From Oikopleura dioica (taxonomy: Eukaryota; Animalia; Chordata): a DNA stretch of 64,000 nucleotides. The position numbers and the translations under genes were made by a program. This document shows positions 41,974-53,599 of this stretch, piece after piece; position 1 is the stretch's first letter, and each line of letters starts with the position of its first letter. The DNA lies in assembly GCA_907165135.1 (NCBI GenBank), contig OU015568.1, positions 14,074,001 through 14,138,000 of the forward strand. The letters run 5' to 3'. The notes beneath the pieces were generated by a model. It ran no database searches. It saw only the letters and a list, made by a program, of their open reading frames with translations, and was not told where the DNA came from.

Positions 41974-44041
41974 TTTATCCAAAAATTTGATGTCAAAAAA
42001 TTCCATAAAAACTGTAACACCAAATTTTAAAAAACTTTTTCGAGTGGTGTTCAGCCTTTCTGAAGAAAAAGTCACAAAAATGATGCTATAAAATTGAGAT
42101 GCGTATGACCTTGTCAGTTTCCGTCTGCAAAAGCCGTATTCAAAGCTAACCTTGGTCCACTAGCTTCTTCAGATTACAGAAAATCCATAAGGGGCTACAA
42201 ATGATAGAACCGTCTATCCTGGGTCGAAAATACCGACTTCAAACTTTTAGTTTTCTGTGACCCAAAAACCTACGTAAGCTTGCCGAAGACAGCTGGTCGA
42301 ACTTCCTCTTCATAATTTAAAAAATACAAATTTTCACAAAATCTAAGATCACTTTTTGCCGTCAATTATAAGTTTTTTCATCTGAGTCAATTATTTCTAA
42401 GGCCGCATATTATCTTCAATATCCCCTGAATGAACTGACCTCTATAAGTTTCGAGACTTGAAGTTTTATGCTTTCAGGCTAAGTTTATCCCCCCAGAAGA
42501 TTGTAAATCACTTGATTTTATATCTCACGATAAAATTCTTAATGCCAGTGACTGGCAGCCAATCTTTTATATTATTCAACATAAACGTATATCAAATTTA
42601 ATTGATTTCTTCAATTTCCGCATACCTTAGATATTATTTCTGCTGAGAAATTAATTAAATTCTGTCGACAGTCGTCATTTTTCTCTCTTTTATCTTTCTC
42701 TTCAAAAAAGGTGTTATAACAAGGGAAATATATTGCTTGTGCAATGGATTTCGCAGGGGAGGATCTACCCTATCCTGAAGTGGAATTATCCCACCCGGGG
42801 GATGAGCCGCCTTGCCCATGAACCTGTCCAAATTAAAGCTTGTTTACGCGGACGGAGGCTTATTCATGTTATACTGTATTTTTTGAGTCAGATCTTTCTT
42901 TGACTTACCACGACGACTGCTAGAATTGCCGGAAGTGATGCTCGAGGTGAGTTTCTTCAAAAGCGCCAGCTTATATTCGCTAGCTGCTCTCTGTTAGTGT
43001 TGTTTTCTCTCTCCCAAGTGATAAGGAGACGCGGACGAGTGTTGGTAGCAAACGAACCACTACCACGCGAAGACGTACGTAGTAGAGGAGTTAGTGCCTT
43101 AATCTTCTTCTGACGTATCAAACAGCCGACTAAACTATTTATTCTCTAATTAACATGCATTCAGGATGTCACGCCTTTTAGCCGGAGAATTGGTCAATCA
43201 ATGCGACCCAAAATAGTGATTTATCGAAAAAAACATGATCTTTAAGGGTTTCACTGTCTAAAACCCAGTTTTCAAACAGACTATTCCCCTTAGGTTAACA
43301 GAGTGACTCGGAGTCACTGACTCCCTTATTTCGTAGTTGTTTTTTTTTAATGCCTTCTGTAACTACAACCTAGTGGTTGATACAGCCAGACTGCATCTTT
43401 GATAGAGAATAAATTTTAGTTAGATTTGATTAATATTCAGGATTATTAAAGACGAAGATAGAAATAAGCGTACCACTCTGTTGCATCTGGGGGAAAAGTC
43501 TGCCTGATAATCGGGTTTGACATTATCTAGCGCTTTTACAAAGAAGAATCTCTGGACAAACCTGTTCTACATGAGACTATTTGTCGGTGAAGACGAAACT
43601 GGTTTTGGATGAGTGGAGGTACCTAGGAAGGCGCGAAACAATTCGCATGAATAATTCATCTGCTCTGTGCTTGCTCCTGGCCTCCTAGCGCACTGCTGCT
43701 GATATATCACCTGCTCTTCTTTTATTCACTTGCATTATTCTCGCGCTAGTTGAGAGGAGTAATATTGCTCCCGGCTGAAAAATTAAGATGGAATGAAGAG
43801 TCGGACCATCCGTGCGTCATTTTGGCCCAGTTTACTGCTCTCCTGCAATTTAGTTTTTATGAAAGCTTATTCCAATCTACGAGTAAGCTAATAAAGAAGC
43901 TAATAAAGAGCTTCGGTTTTATTTTCAGTCTGCGGTCGACTTTGGAGACGGTAATAAAATCACGCCTCGCGCTCAATTATTCACTCGTCCTGCGGAGAAA
44001 AAAAACTTGCTTTGTTAGTTGTTTAATTAATCATTTTATTA

Positions 44042-47000
44042 TCAGCTGACGGTGTTAATATCATTTTTAAGCGATTGTTCTTTCTTTTGGACTGAGTCGA
44101 GTAAGGTTGGCATCGAGTTGAGGCGAAAGTGGTGGTAGGCCGAGGTCCGCTGATCAATCGGGACCACGAAGTTCGATGTAGCACCGACGAACTCCTGTTG
44201 CTTTTTGAAGCCGGTCAGGCGCTCGGGCGAGAAGGATTTCCAGGGGTGGTGCCGCAGGACGTGAGTGTGGAGATGGTCTCGGCGGTAATACGTCGCCTGA
44301 CAACTAGAAAATTTATAAATTATAATTAGGAGAACTGAAAAACCATAAAGCCGATTATTTAATTTTAGTTTTGGAATTTTTTGAGAGGCTAGAATTGAGA
44401 ACACTAACAAAATACAGCTACCTTCCCAATCAGTCACTATACATGTAAATAAAATTTTTCCACAAGATTTCATAACGAACCTTCCCGAGGGATGAATAAT
44501 TTACGAAAGTTTCATGGAGTACTGTTACTCAATGATTAATTTATCTGGCGTGTCCCCTTTACTAAGTTCAGAATAAATTTCGAAGTGTTGTCAGAAGCGT
44601 CAGCCTCGTGACAGCTTTTCGATTAGACGAACGGACACGAACTACTAGTAGGTTCGGCGAGTATTCACACGACTGTACTTACTCTTCCACGGGGCACTTG
44701 AAAGGTCGGTAGCGAAGATGTTGGCAGTGATGCCGGTAGAGATCTTCAGCGTTGCGGAACTTGCGTTGCGTTTGTATCGTCAATGGACAAAATGTGCAGT
44801 GAAATCGACGACTTTCGTCGAACTCAGTTCCACGCATGTTCGATCTGACATCGATAAACACTTTTAACGAGGTCAATCACAATCATAAGCTTTTCTGAAA
44901 CATATTAACCAACCAAGGTTCTGCCTCGATGAAAATATTATAAAACTAGATACTGGATGCTCTCCCAAGTATTTTGATTAGGACAAATAATCCGGGAATC
45001 TTGATGTCTATCAGACTTTCCTGAGAAGAGCATCCGCTAATTTGAACATTTTTCAGAGGAAATAAATAAATGCTCTTTCGATCACTCTTTTCGACTCATT
45101 TGACTCTGAAATCACATTTTAAAACGCAACAGGTCGCTACTGTCTACCTTACAATTATCCTCGCTTGTGTTTGACCCCTGACCTACAGCCTTTTTCATTA
45201 TCAAATGACGCGCTCGCATTTCCTTTTGCTCCTCTGTCATTTTGTTGAAAATATCTTTGAAGCAAAAGGAGCGAATGTATTCAATCGTCGTCGGATCATG
45301 TATCACTGTCTGTTTCTTTCCATCCGAGCTGCGAACAACCATCGAGTTCACGCTGTCTCGAGGTTCAATTATGCTGTTTATACTTTCCATCGCGTCGTTT
45401 GTGTTGCTATCATCATTCTGGCTTTCTATTTTTATCGATATTTCTGAGGGCTGCGATTGTTGAAGATGCCGAGGGGAAATTGGCCTTTCTTCGTCGCTCA
45501 GATTGTTGCTACTTTCTTCTTTTGATTCATTCTCTTCTTTTTGCGCTTTTTCTTTCTTTTGCATGGCTTCAATCGCCTGAATTTTAAATTAAATTAAATA
45601 ATACAATAAGAACCAAAAATATATTTTACAAAATTTATGTCCAAAAACGCACCTTGAATAAAATGTCAGTTTGCGGAGCATGCGTTGTTCTAGGATTTGA
45701 AATCTCCTCGATTTCCTCTTCATCTTTTTGTTCCTCTTTTATATCGATTTTTTCTTCAACCTCAGTGACATTTATTTCTTCATCTTCCGGCGAAGACTCT
45801 TTGGTCCTCACTGGAGTGGTAGAAGACTGCTGGGGAATACTGACAGTTGGCATTGAAGTTAAAGGCATTGAAGGTATCGGGACTTGTTGAGCAATTGAAA
45901 TTGAACAGGAGGAAATGGGTGCTGCTGCTTTTTGGGGTCGGTAGACAATTTGCTGCTTTTGCATGGTGAGTGGTTGAGGTGGCATCATGCGATTTGGCGA
46001 TATTATGGGCTGAGTCTGGTTGCTTGTTGGAAGACCTGGGAGGAGAGAAAGGGAGTACTTGGATTGAAGATGATTTTGTGGGATTATGGACACGTGGGGC
46101 GGATTGAAGCTTTTTGTCTTCTTTGGAAACTCTTCGGCGGTGTAGACGTAAGGGTACTTACGCTTTTGTAATTCACTTCAACAATGGTCAAAATAAATAT
46201 GAAAAAGATAAAACTACTAAATTTTGGACAAGTTCCTTAGTTGAGGGACTGGTTTCTGGAACTGCGAGGAGATCGGAAGCTGAGGTTGTTCTGGAATACT
46301 AATAACTTTTCCATGCGGCTGGCCACTTTGAAAGGCAGCTAGTTGATCCATTGTAAACACTTTGAAATTCTGCGGGTTATTCAGCTGAGCCCCCGGACGA
46401 GCACCACAAGTACAAGTGCAAATGCACTGTTTCTGAACACTGGGAATTTGAACAGGAATCATATTGACCCCGTTTTGGACAATTGAGACTCCTTCTGAAA
46501 GCTGGGCTGGAGGATGTTGCTCTGGTGGGGTCTTTTTGCGCTCTTTTGCCGGCGGCGAGACATTATGAAACATTTGCTGTCTGTTCAGAGGAAGCTTCTG
46601 GGTGACGGAAGTGTTTGGAAGAATCGGAGCGACTGGCTTTGGAGTCCCTTTTGGGAGGAAGACTTGTCTTTTCTTGACCGTCTCGGGCTCGAAGATCTTC
46701 GAAGTGCAGATTTTCTGCGGTTGAGGATTCTTCGGCGTCAGCTTCAAATTGGTCGACGAATCTTCCCTTTTAACAGGCTTACCAGTATGAAATCGCTTTT
46801 TTTTTTTGCTGAACTAGGAGTAATCTAATAATTGTCGAATGCTCTCGCCATTGCGTAATTGGCGCGTGAGTAGCTAGAGGATAATCTGACAGACAAGTTA
46901 TCGCTATGGTTACTTTCCCAAAAGGAAACGAGGAATGTTGACATTTTTTACGACTTGAGCTTTTACTGCTTGCAAATCTTGATTTCCAAAAGCCGGAAAA

Positions 47001-47372
47001 TGCATTTTATGAACGAGTTATCGTTGATAAATAACTTCAGATTATTGAAGTAGATTCTGACTAATAGTAGGGGCAATAAATGTAGATCGAAACTGTAGGA
47101 AAAAGGATTGAAATAAGAAGGCAACGTTGGTTCTCTTCCTTGATTTCAGTTGGTGGTTGGGCATTAGAAGTTGGCTTTTAGACTTTTGGATGGTAGTAAA
47201 CAACCCTCTGGTGGTTCAAACAGTTAAGAAGGTCTAAGCCCGGTTTCCTGTTAACGACTTGATCTTGAACATCATCCGGCGAGTCGATTTCTTCAATAAA
47301 ATCATCCGGATCGTCACTTCTCACTTCCTTCGACTCTGACTCTTGAAGCTCTTTGGCGACGCCGGCCGTCAT
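44042..47372 (-). CDS. C2H2 zinc-finger protein with long low-complexity N-terminal region
   Basis: C-terminal fingers CTFC...HHCQH and CPVEDCQATYYRRDHLHTHVLRHH, the second assembled across a GT-AG intron of about 44311-44680. Upstream exons join in phase. The join near 44850-45115 is uncertain. Confidence 0.72.
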
Positions 47373-47731
47373 CGAATGAAAAAAAGGAAAAATCGGAAAT
47401 TCGAGAAAAGGAAAAGATGGCGACTGAGCAAAGGAAAAGGAAAAGTAGCGCGTGGGCGAGACGCGGCAGGTCTCACAAGCCGCGCTATTGGACACAAGCC
47501 ACTGAGGGAATCGTTCTTTCTGACAGACAAAGATCGCGAATATTTGGCGCGTGACCGTGCCATCAAAAGGCCGCTGCTCAAGAAGAAATGGAAGAATAAA
47601 TACACCCACTTGTAAATATGCTGTTCAATCAACCGCAGTTAATGCTGAAATGCTCATTTTCTAAGTAAAATTGTAATTTTACACGATTCATGGGCCATTG
47701 GGTAAATAACTTTTATCGTAAAATGTCAAAT

Positions 47732-50070
47732 TCATAATTTATTGAATTTGATCATAAAATCATAAGAATAGAGTTGATTGAATTCAGATAAAGAAATTGA
47801 TTGTGACTCTCTCATTATCTGCGTCGATCCTTTCTTTGGCGATTTGTGCAATTTGAGAGGACGATGACCAGAGTTCCGCGTTTCTTTCCGCATCAGAATC
47901 GCTAACGCGTTTCTCGTGAAATTTTCGCATTTTGGCTTAATTTTATTCATCAACGATATTTTAGAGTAAACCTTACTCATGGAAAAAACTTTCATCTTTT
48001 TCGTCACGCCATGATGAGTGAATTCTAATCCTGTGTCTTTGCATTTTCCTTGACAGGAACAGACGTGAGTAGCGGAAATGAAGTCCTTGATTTTCGTTTT
48101 GTACAATTTGTCTTTCTTTGGTGTTCCAAGGCATCGCGTATTTGATGAAGTCCGGACTGCCCGGTAATCAAAAAATTCGCCCTTTTCGAGCTGAAAGTTC
48201 GGATCGAGCCAACACGATGCTGGACGTCCCCATCCCCCGCAGAGATGGTATTCAATCTGAGAAATTGCATTATCGAAGAACTCATCGTTCGCTCCATGCT
48301 TAGACAAGTACCCAAGGTACATGTATGAACTACGCAGTCTTTGTTCCGTAGGAGGCCGCTGCGCAGGAGTGGGCATCAAGAATATTATTCGTCCGTTATG
48401 AAAAGCGAAGTATAGAAAATCAAACTGGAAATTTTTCGGTTCTTCGGGATCCGGAAGCTGGTACTTTTCAATCATCTGACTTGATGTATTGATATGGTAG
48501 ACATCTTTTGCCAGGTGCATGTTTCCTTCAATAAGAGCAGGAACTAATCTTTGAAGGGCTTCAAAGTTCTAGGTATACCTTCTAGGTATGAATTCTGTTC
48601 TGTTCATATGCATATTTTGATGGTTATATGATATTATATCATTGATATAACTTACATCATATATATTATATGTCAGCTGAGAATACAATATTTGAAGCTC
48701 AACATAAAATTTTTCTGATCTATCCAGTACAACACCATTTCAAAATCAAACAAATTATTCAATTCGATCGTTTCCGAACTTATGACTTCGATAGTTTTTT
48801 CTTGAATCTTGACCACTTCGACGATGATAGTAAAATCCTTCCGGTAGATAATTGGAAAAAGATGAAACTTGTCGATTTCCCATCGCCCTCGGACATCTTG
48901 TTTTCCAATAATTTTGACGGGAGCAAGTCCAGATCTTTCTAACTTCATGGGTTGTCTGGAGGGATTTTTCAAATTGTAGATCAAACAACAATCTTTCGAT
49001 GTGTAGAGTAGAAGCGGGTCAAGAATGGTCAAATATCTATTTCCGCGTGTCAGCCGAGCAATTCCACGATTATTTCTATTACGATTAAGAAACGATGTAC
49101 GTCTATGACCCGACAGAGACGGAGACTCTGCATTTCTAATTGGAAGGGCTCCATTCTTTTCAAACTTGTTGTTCTTCTCACTATAACAAAACTCACTCGA
49201 CTAGATCGCTGGATTTAGCTTGGGGGAAAATTCTTTGAAATAAGTGTTACCCTACCTTTTTCTGACAATTTTATAAACGTATATTTTCTCATAAGTAACT
49301 TCTTCGGAGGGGTTTGTGAGGTTGACCTGAGACAATATCTAAATTTGACAATTAAGAGACTAATCAGATATGAAGCTTACCCAATCTGTTCCAACTTCAA
49401 AGATTCGAAACATAAATTCATAGTGAGGAAGAGAAAATGTAGTACTCCCTTTTGAGACATATTTTTTATCCCTGATTTCTTCTCTTTTTTGAATAATACT
49501 GCGAACAGATTCAATAACAAGGTATAATCAGTCGATTATTTTTTTTTAAGAATAAGTAAGTGACTTAAATTGAATTCCTAAACTGGTGACGCCGGAGAGA
49601 GAATGCGGCAATACGTTTAATTCATTCTGAACGAGCTGGTAGATATAATCGTCCTTGACAAATCTTCTGAATATGCGAATGCAAGAGCTTTCATCCAGAA
49701 GAGAATCGTTTGGTTGCATATTGTATTCGATAGGAACACCGGGTTCCCTTCTAACATAATTAGCAATATGAGACTCCGGCTTCGTCAGATGACTTTTAAG
49801 GGACAGAAATGTTTCTCGATCCATTCTGCTGAAGATGCATTGTGCAATCACGTGACCGTCCGGATGATCTTTAAACAAAAAATTCTTTCCAATTAAAAAC
49901 GCAACCCTACCTAAAAGACCAGAAATAAATTTCTCCCGTCTCTTGTCATAAATTTCCTCGAACACATCCATTCTCAAAATGATTTCATCTGCGGTTGAAT
50001 TTGAAATGCAGGAGATATGGTACTCTAAAGTGGATCTCAATGTGCAATACGCGCTTGGCGCGGAGTTACA
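47732..50070 (-). CDS. Lineage-specific multi-exon protein with an N-terminal F-box-like motif
   Basis: ORFs 49546-50040, 48673-49032 and 47732-48520 have protein-like composition. HVIAQCIFSRMDRETFLSL resembles an F-box core. Internal joins not fully traced. Confidence 0.55.
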
Positions 50071-50198
50071 CTAACCCCTGCTCAAACAAACTCCTCCGTA
50101 CGGACAGACTTCTTTACAGGAAAATGTTTGAAAGACTCATTATCATGAGCATTTGATATTTAATGAATGATGTTTTAACGGAAAATATTAAAATACAG

Positions 50199-52000
50199 TC
50201 AAATGGCAGATGAGTAGTAGTGCGAGCTTTTTCTTCTATTCTGATTGGCAAACATTGATGTCGGCAGTTCCGATACTTGGTCAACACTTTCTTCCTCTTC
50301 TTCATCAACGAATTCCTCGGATATAAAGCCAACATTGCTTTTTGTGCTCCTAAAAGAAAACAAAAAATGCTGAGAACGCTTTTTATTTGCTTTGGTCAAA
50401 CTACATATTTCGGAGATAGTTTCTGTGATCCTTACCGAGTTGTGTTGTTTGTTAGTTCAGCTGCAGTAGTTTCGGAGTAATCATCGTCCATGTCTTCAAA
50501 TACAAGAGTTGGTCGACCGCCAATATCTTTGACGACATAGCTCTGCCGACGTCCCGGCGGAACCGAAATGGTATCCCGCCGAGTGGACATTCGACTTGAC
50601 ATTTCGACGGTCGGCCGTGTTCCTCGAGGAGGCAACTTAGGGTTTCTGTTGTAAATGATTTTTTCTTTCTTTGGTTCTTGCTTTACTGGTTCGCTTTTTA
50701 CAGGCAAATCCGGATCACTTGTCTTGCAGGCGGCACAAATCCATAAGAAACCATCATCACTTGAATAAGATTGTTGAAGCTGTATTTGGTGCATATTTCG
50801 TACCTGACAAAAGCGATAGCAACGATGAGAACCAACACAAAACCAAAGCAAACGGCCATTGTTATACCAACAATTCCTACTGTCGAGAATTGCGGTCCAC
50901 TTGGTAGCGTTACCGTCGTTGTAAAAATTGGTTCTTGAGCATGTTCATTGTTTGAACTTTATAATAAATTATCATTATTATCATTATGATAATTTCGTTG
51001 AAATCGAGTATGAACAATTTCCTGTTGTCGGAAGTTCAGGTGCAGCGGAAGTAGTTGTTGGCAGTATCGGCTGGGTCGTGAGCGGCGGTGGTAAACACAT
51101 TTCCACGTCGGTCAAGTTGAATAAGTGCGATCTATTGCATAGATCTTGCTGTTTGCATTGCGCGGTTTCGGTCTTCGAGTTGAACTTACTCACATCGACG
51201 CCACTCTGGAAACAGCTGCGGTTGATGACTTTGGTTGTTGAAAGTGGCGTCTTCAAGGCTCCATCTGGCGTGAGAATGTTCTTGGTGCTCTGGCGTAGCA
51301 ATAAGGAGCAACCATCCGATGAGCAAATTTTCGAATCTGCCCCTGATGCTGGCTCATTTAGACACGTATCGTAGTCTCGGCAATTTCCGTCTGAGCAAAT
51401 TTCATCGCAGGCGAAACAGCTTGTTTCCTGGATTTTGATGTGAATCGAAAAAGTTCAAACTTCTCACCTTTAGTGGATTGACTTGTATAACATTTGGCTC
51501 ACAAACGCCTCTGAATTGCTTTGTTGGCTTTTCATAGCATTTTAGGGCAGTTAGTGCAGCCAAGCCAGAGTCCAAACAACTAGTTCCGGGAGCAAATGAG
51601 GACTCGGAACTTACGTAGTTGCATGTACTTCTGTTTATGGTTTCATTCCCAGTCTTAGTTTTTCGAAATTAGTGTCGCATAGGAATGAGAGTTGAACTTG
51701 AAGGCTGACGAATGTTTGCCTTCCTAGAGATCAACAGTCGATCATTGACTACTTGTTATTACACACTAGTTACTCAAGTTGAGTAACTCAACTACGAAAC
51801 CATTCCTAGAAGCACTGGATTCCTCAACGATTCTCTCATCATCCTCAAGATCAGCATCTTCAATCTTCCTACCACATCCACGTGACAAAGTATGCGTGAC
51901 AATCCTGTCATTCTGCTCAACTGATGTCCATTTTGATTCGCACACTTGATCCGGTTGACAGGTTTCAGTTTCGAAACTCGATGAGTCTTTGTTGATTTCA
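50199..52000 (-). CDS. Type I membrane protein with Cys-rich Ly6/uPAR-like ectodomain, Thr/Pro stalk, TM helix and cytoplasmic tail
   Basis: LKCYEK...CFACDEIC...CSSDGC...NRSC...DLCN, a TTTS stalk, TM IVGITMAVCFGFVLVLIVAIAFV, and a tail ending SHYYSSAI* at 50199. The 5' end is unresolved (Cys-rich frames extend to about 52630). Confidence 0.68.
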
Positions 52001-53599
52001 GATTTTTTCTATTTTCTTAGGATGAAATTTCCCGCTCGTAAAACTGTCCCATAAATAAAATTGCGAACTCAGCGTCCCAGAGTAAACAGATGAAGAGTTT
52101 GCACAGATTGTTCTTATATCGCTTTCTTTTCCTCCGAATTCCGAAAGTAAAGCTGATAAATGCACTTTCAGAATAGAGCTGAGTCCAATTTCGAGACTCA
52201 TTGATACATTCTCTTCGAATTTGTGTTAATAGAAATTACGTTTTTCCGCAAGTTTGTTTAGTGAAGATATTTGCAACAAGCGGCCTCGGCTTCTGATCAG
52301 AGCGACATTACGGCATCCTGAACATGTGAAACAAGCTTATGTAAACTTTTCAACATCATTTGAGCATGTTTTTTCACATAACTTCCAAGGTTATGTAAAA
52401 CGAACGATTATCATCAGCATGAAATCATTTTAACAATCATGTTTTTTAATAAGAACATTGCCTTTTGGGCACTTTTGTGGACAAAAATATAAATCTGAAA
52501 TCTTTCCTAATAAAAGACAATCCAAATCTCCATCAACACTGCACTGAGTGCTCCCTTTGAAATAGACGAAATTAACCAAGCATTTTGCACAAAGAACCAT
52601 AATTTCCTTATCTCTGCTGAGAAAAATAAAACGATATTAATCCTTTCCGGAGCGTGTAGTAAAAGTCGTTAAGAAAACCACTTGTGCATTTGATCTTATT
52701 GACCAAGTTGCGTGCTGTTTACTTTTTTGCTTGCGCCACCATTAGCTATCGAATAGGGGCTGTCAAGTCTTCAAACTCGTCAGAGGAATTTTGGAATATG
52801 GACCCTTCATTGAACTCAAGTGATACTGTCAAATTATCATTAGCTGCTGAGTTATGTGTTTGGACAACTGTTGAGAGATTCACCTGCACTTCACGATTGA
52901 AAAGCTAGTCAGGGCCTGTCTTTTATGAGGAATTTTAAATAGTAATGGCTGTTACTATCGGCACCTTGGTTGATCGATTTCTTCATTTGATGAGGATTAA
53001 GAGAGCTGACGATAAAGCATGAGGTCAAGCTAGAAACAAATGACGCGAAAGTTTGTTTTTATTCTTTCTTGAATGATGCTTTGAGAAGAGCAAAGGATGT
53101 TATTCTTTTGGGAAAAAAACTAAGAGCAGTTTCGCGAATTGTTATTGATCTTGGTGTTTATAACTCTGAGAATTTCCTGAAAAATGCAAAGCCATCATAA
53201 TTTTCCTCTTATTCCGCCTGTGAAACAAGCTCGACATACTGATGTCAAAAGTGTTCGTTTTATTATAACCGCAGGTGCACCAACAACATTCAACAACCTT
53301 CCGATTCCCTTTCTTGCAAGAACAAGTCCTTCAGAGTTTCCCCAACTTGACAATTTTCGAGAAACATTTTTGACGTAACACATGTGACAACTTTTATACA
53401 GTTGCCTCGAGCAGCGTGCCCGGAAAGATACTAATGATGAACACGTTTGGGAATTTTGTTTGACTTCAATAATCCCACTTGTCAGACAGGAAAGTCATCA
53501 AACAGATATTCCGTCATCAAACTGCCACTATCGTTGGTTCAAAATAAACTGCAGACGTAAAAGCGATCAATAATTAAATATGTCATCGTTCGCAAATCT

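Noticed and set aside
47343-47615. Plus-strand Lys/Arg-rich 90-aa ORF head-to-head with the zinc-finger ATG
   Set aside because: Its basic N-terminus is the reverse complement of the polypyrimidine acceptor tract of the minus-strand gene.
50114-50335. LPFDCILIF frame as an F-box start
   Set aside because: It overlaps the true last exon of the membrane-protein gene in another frame.
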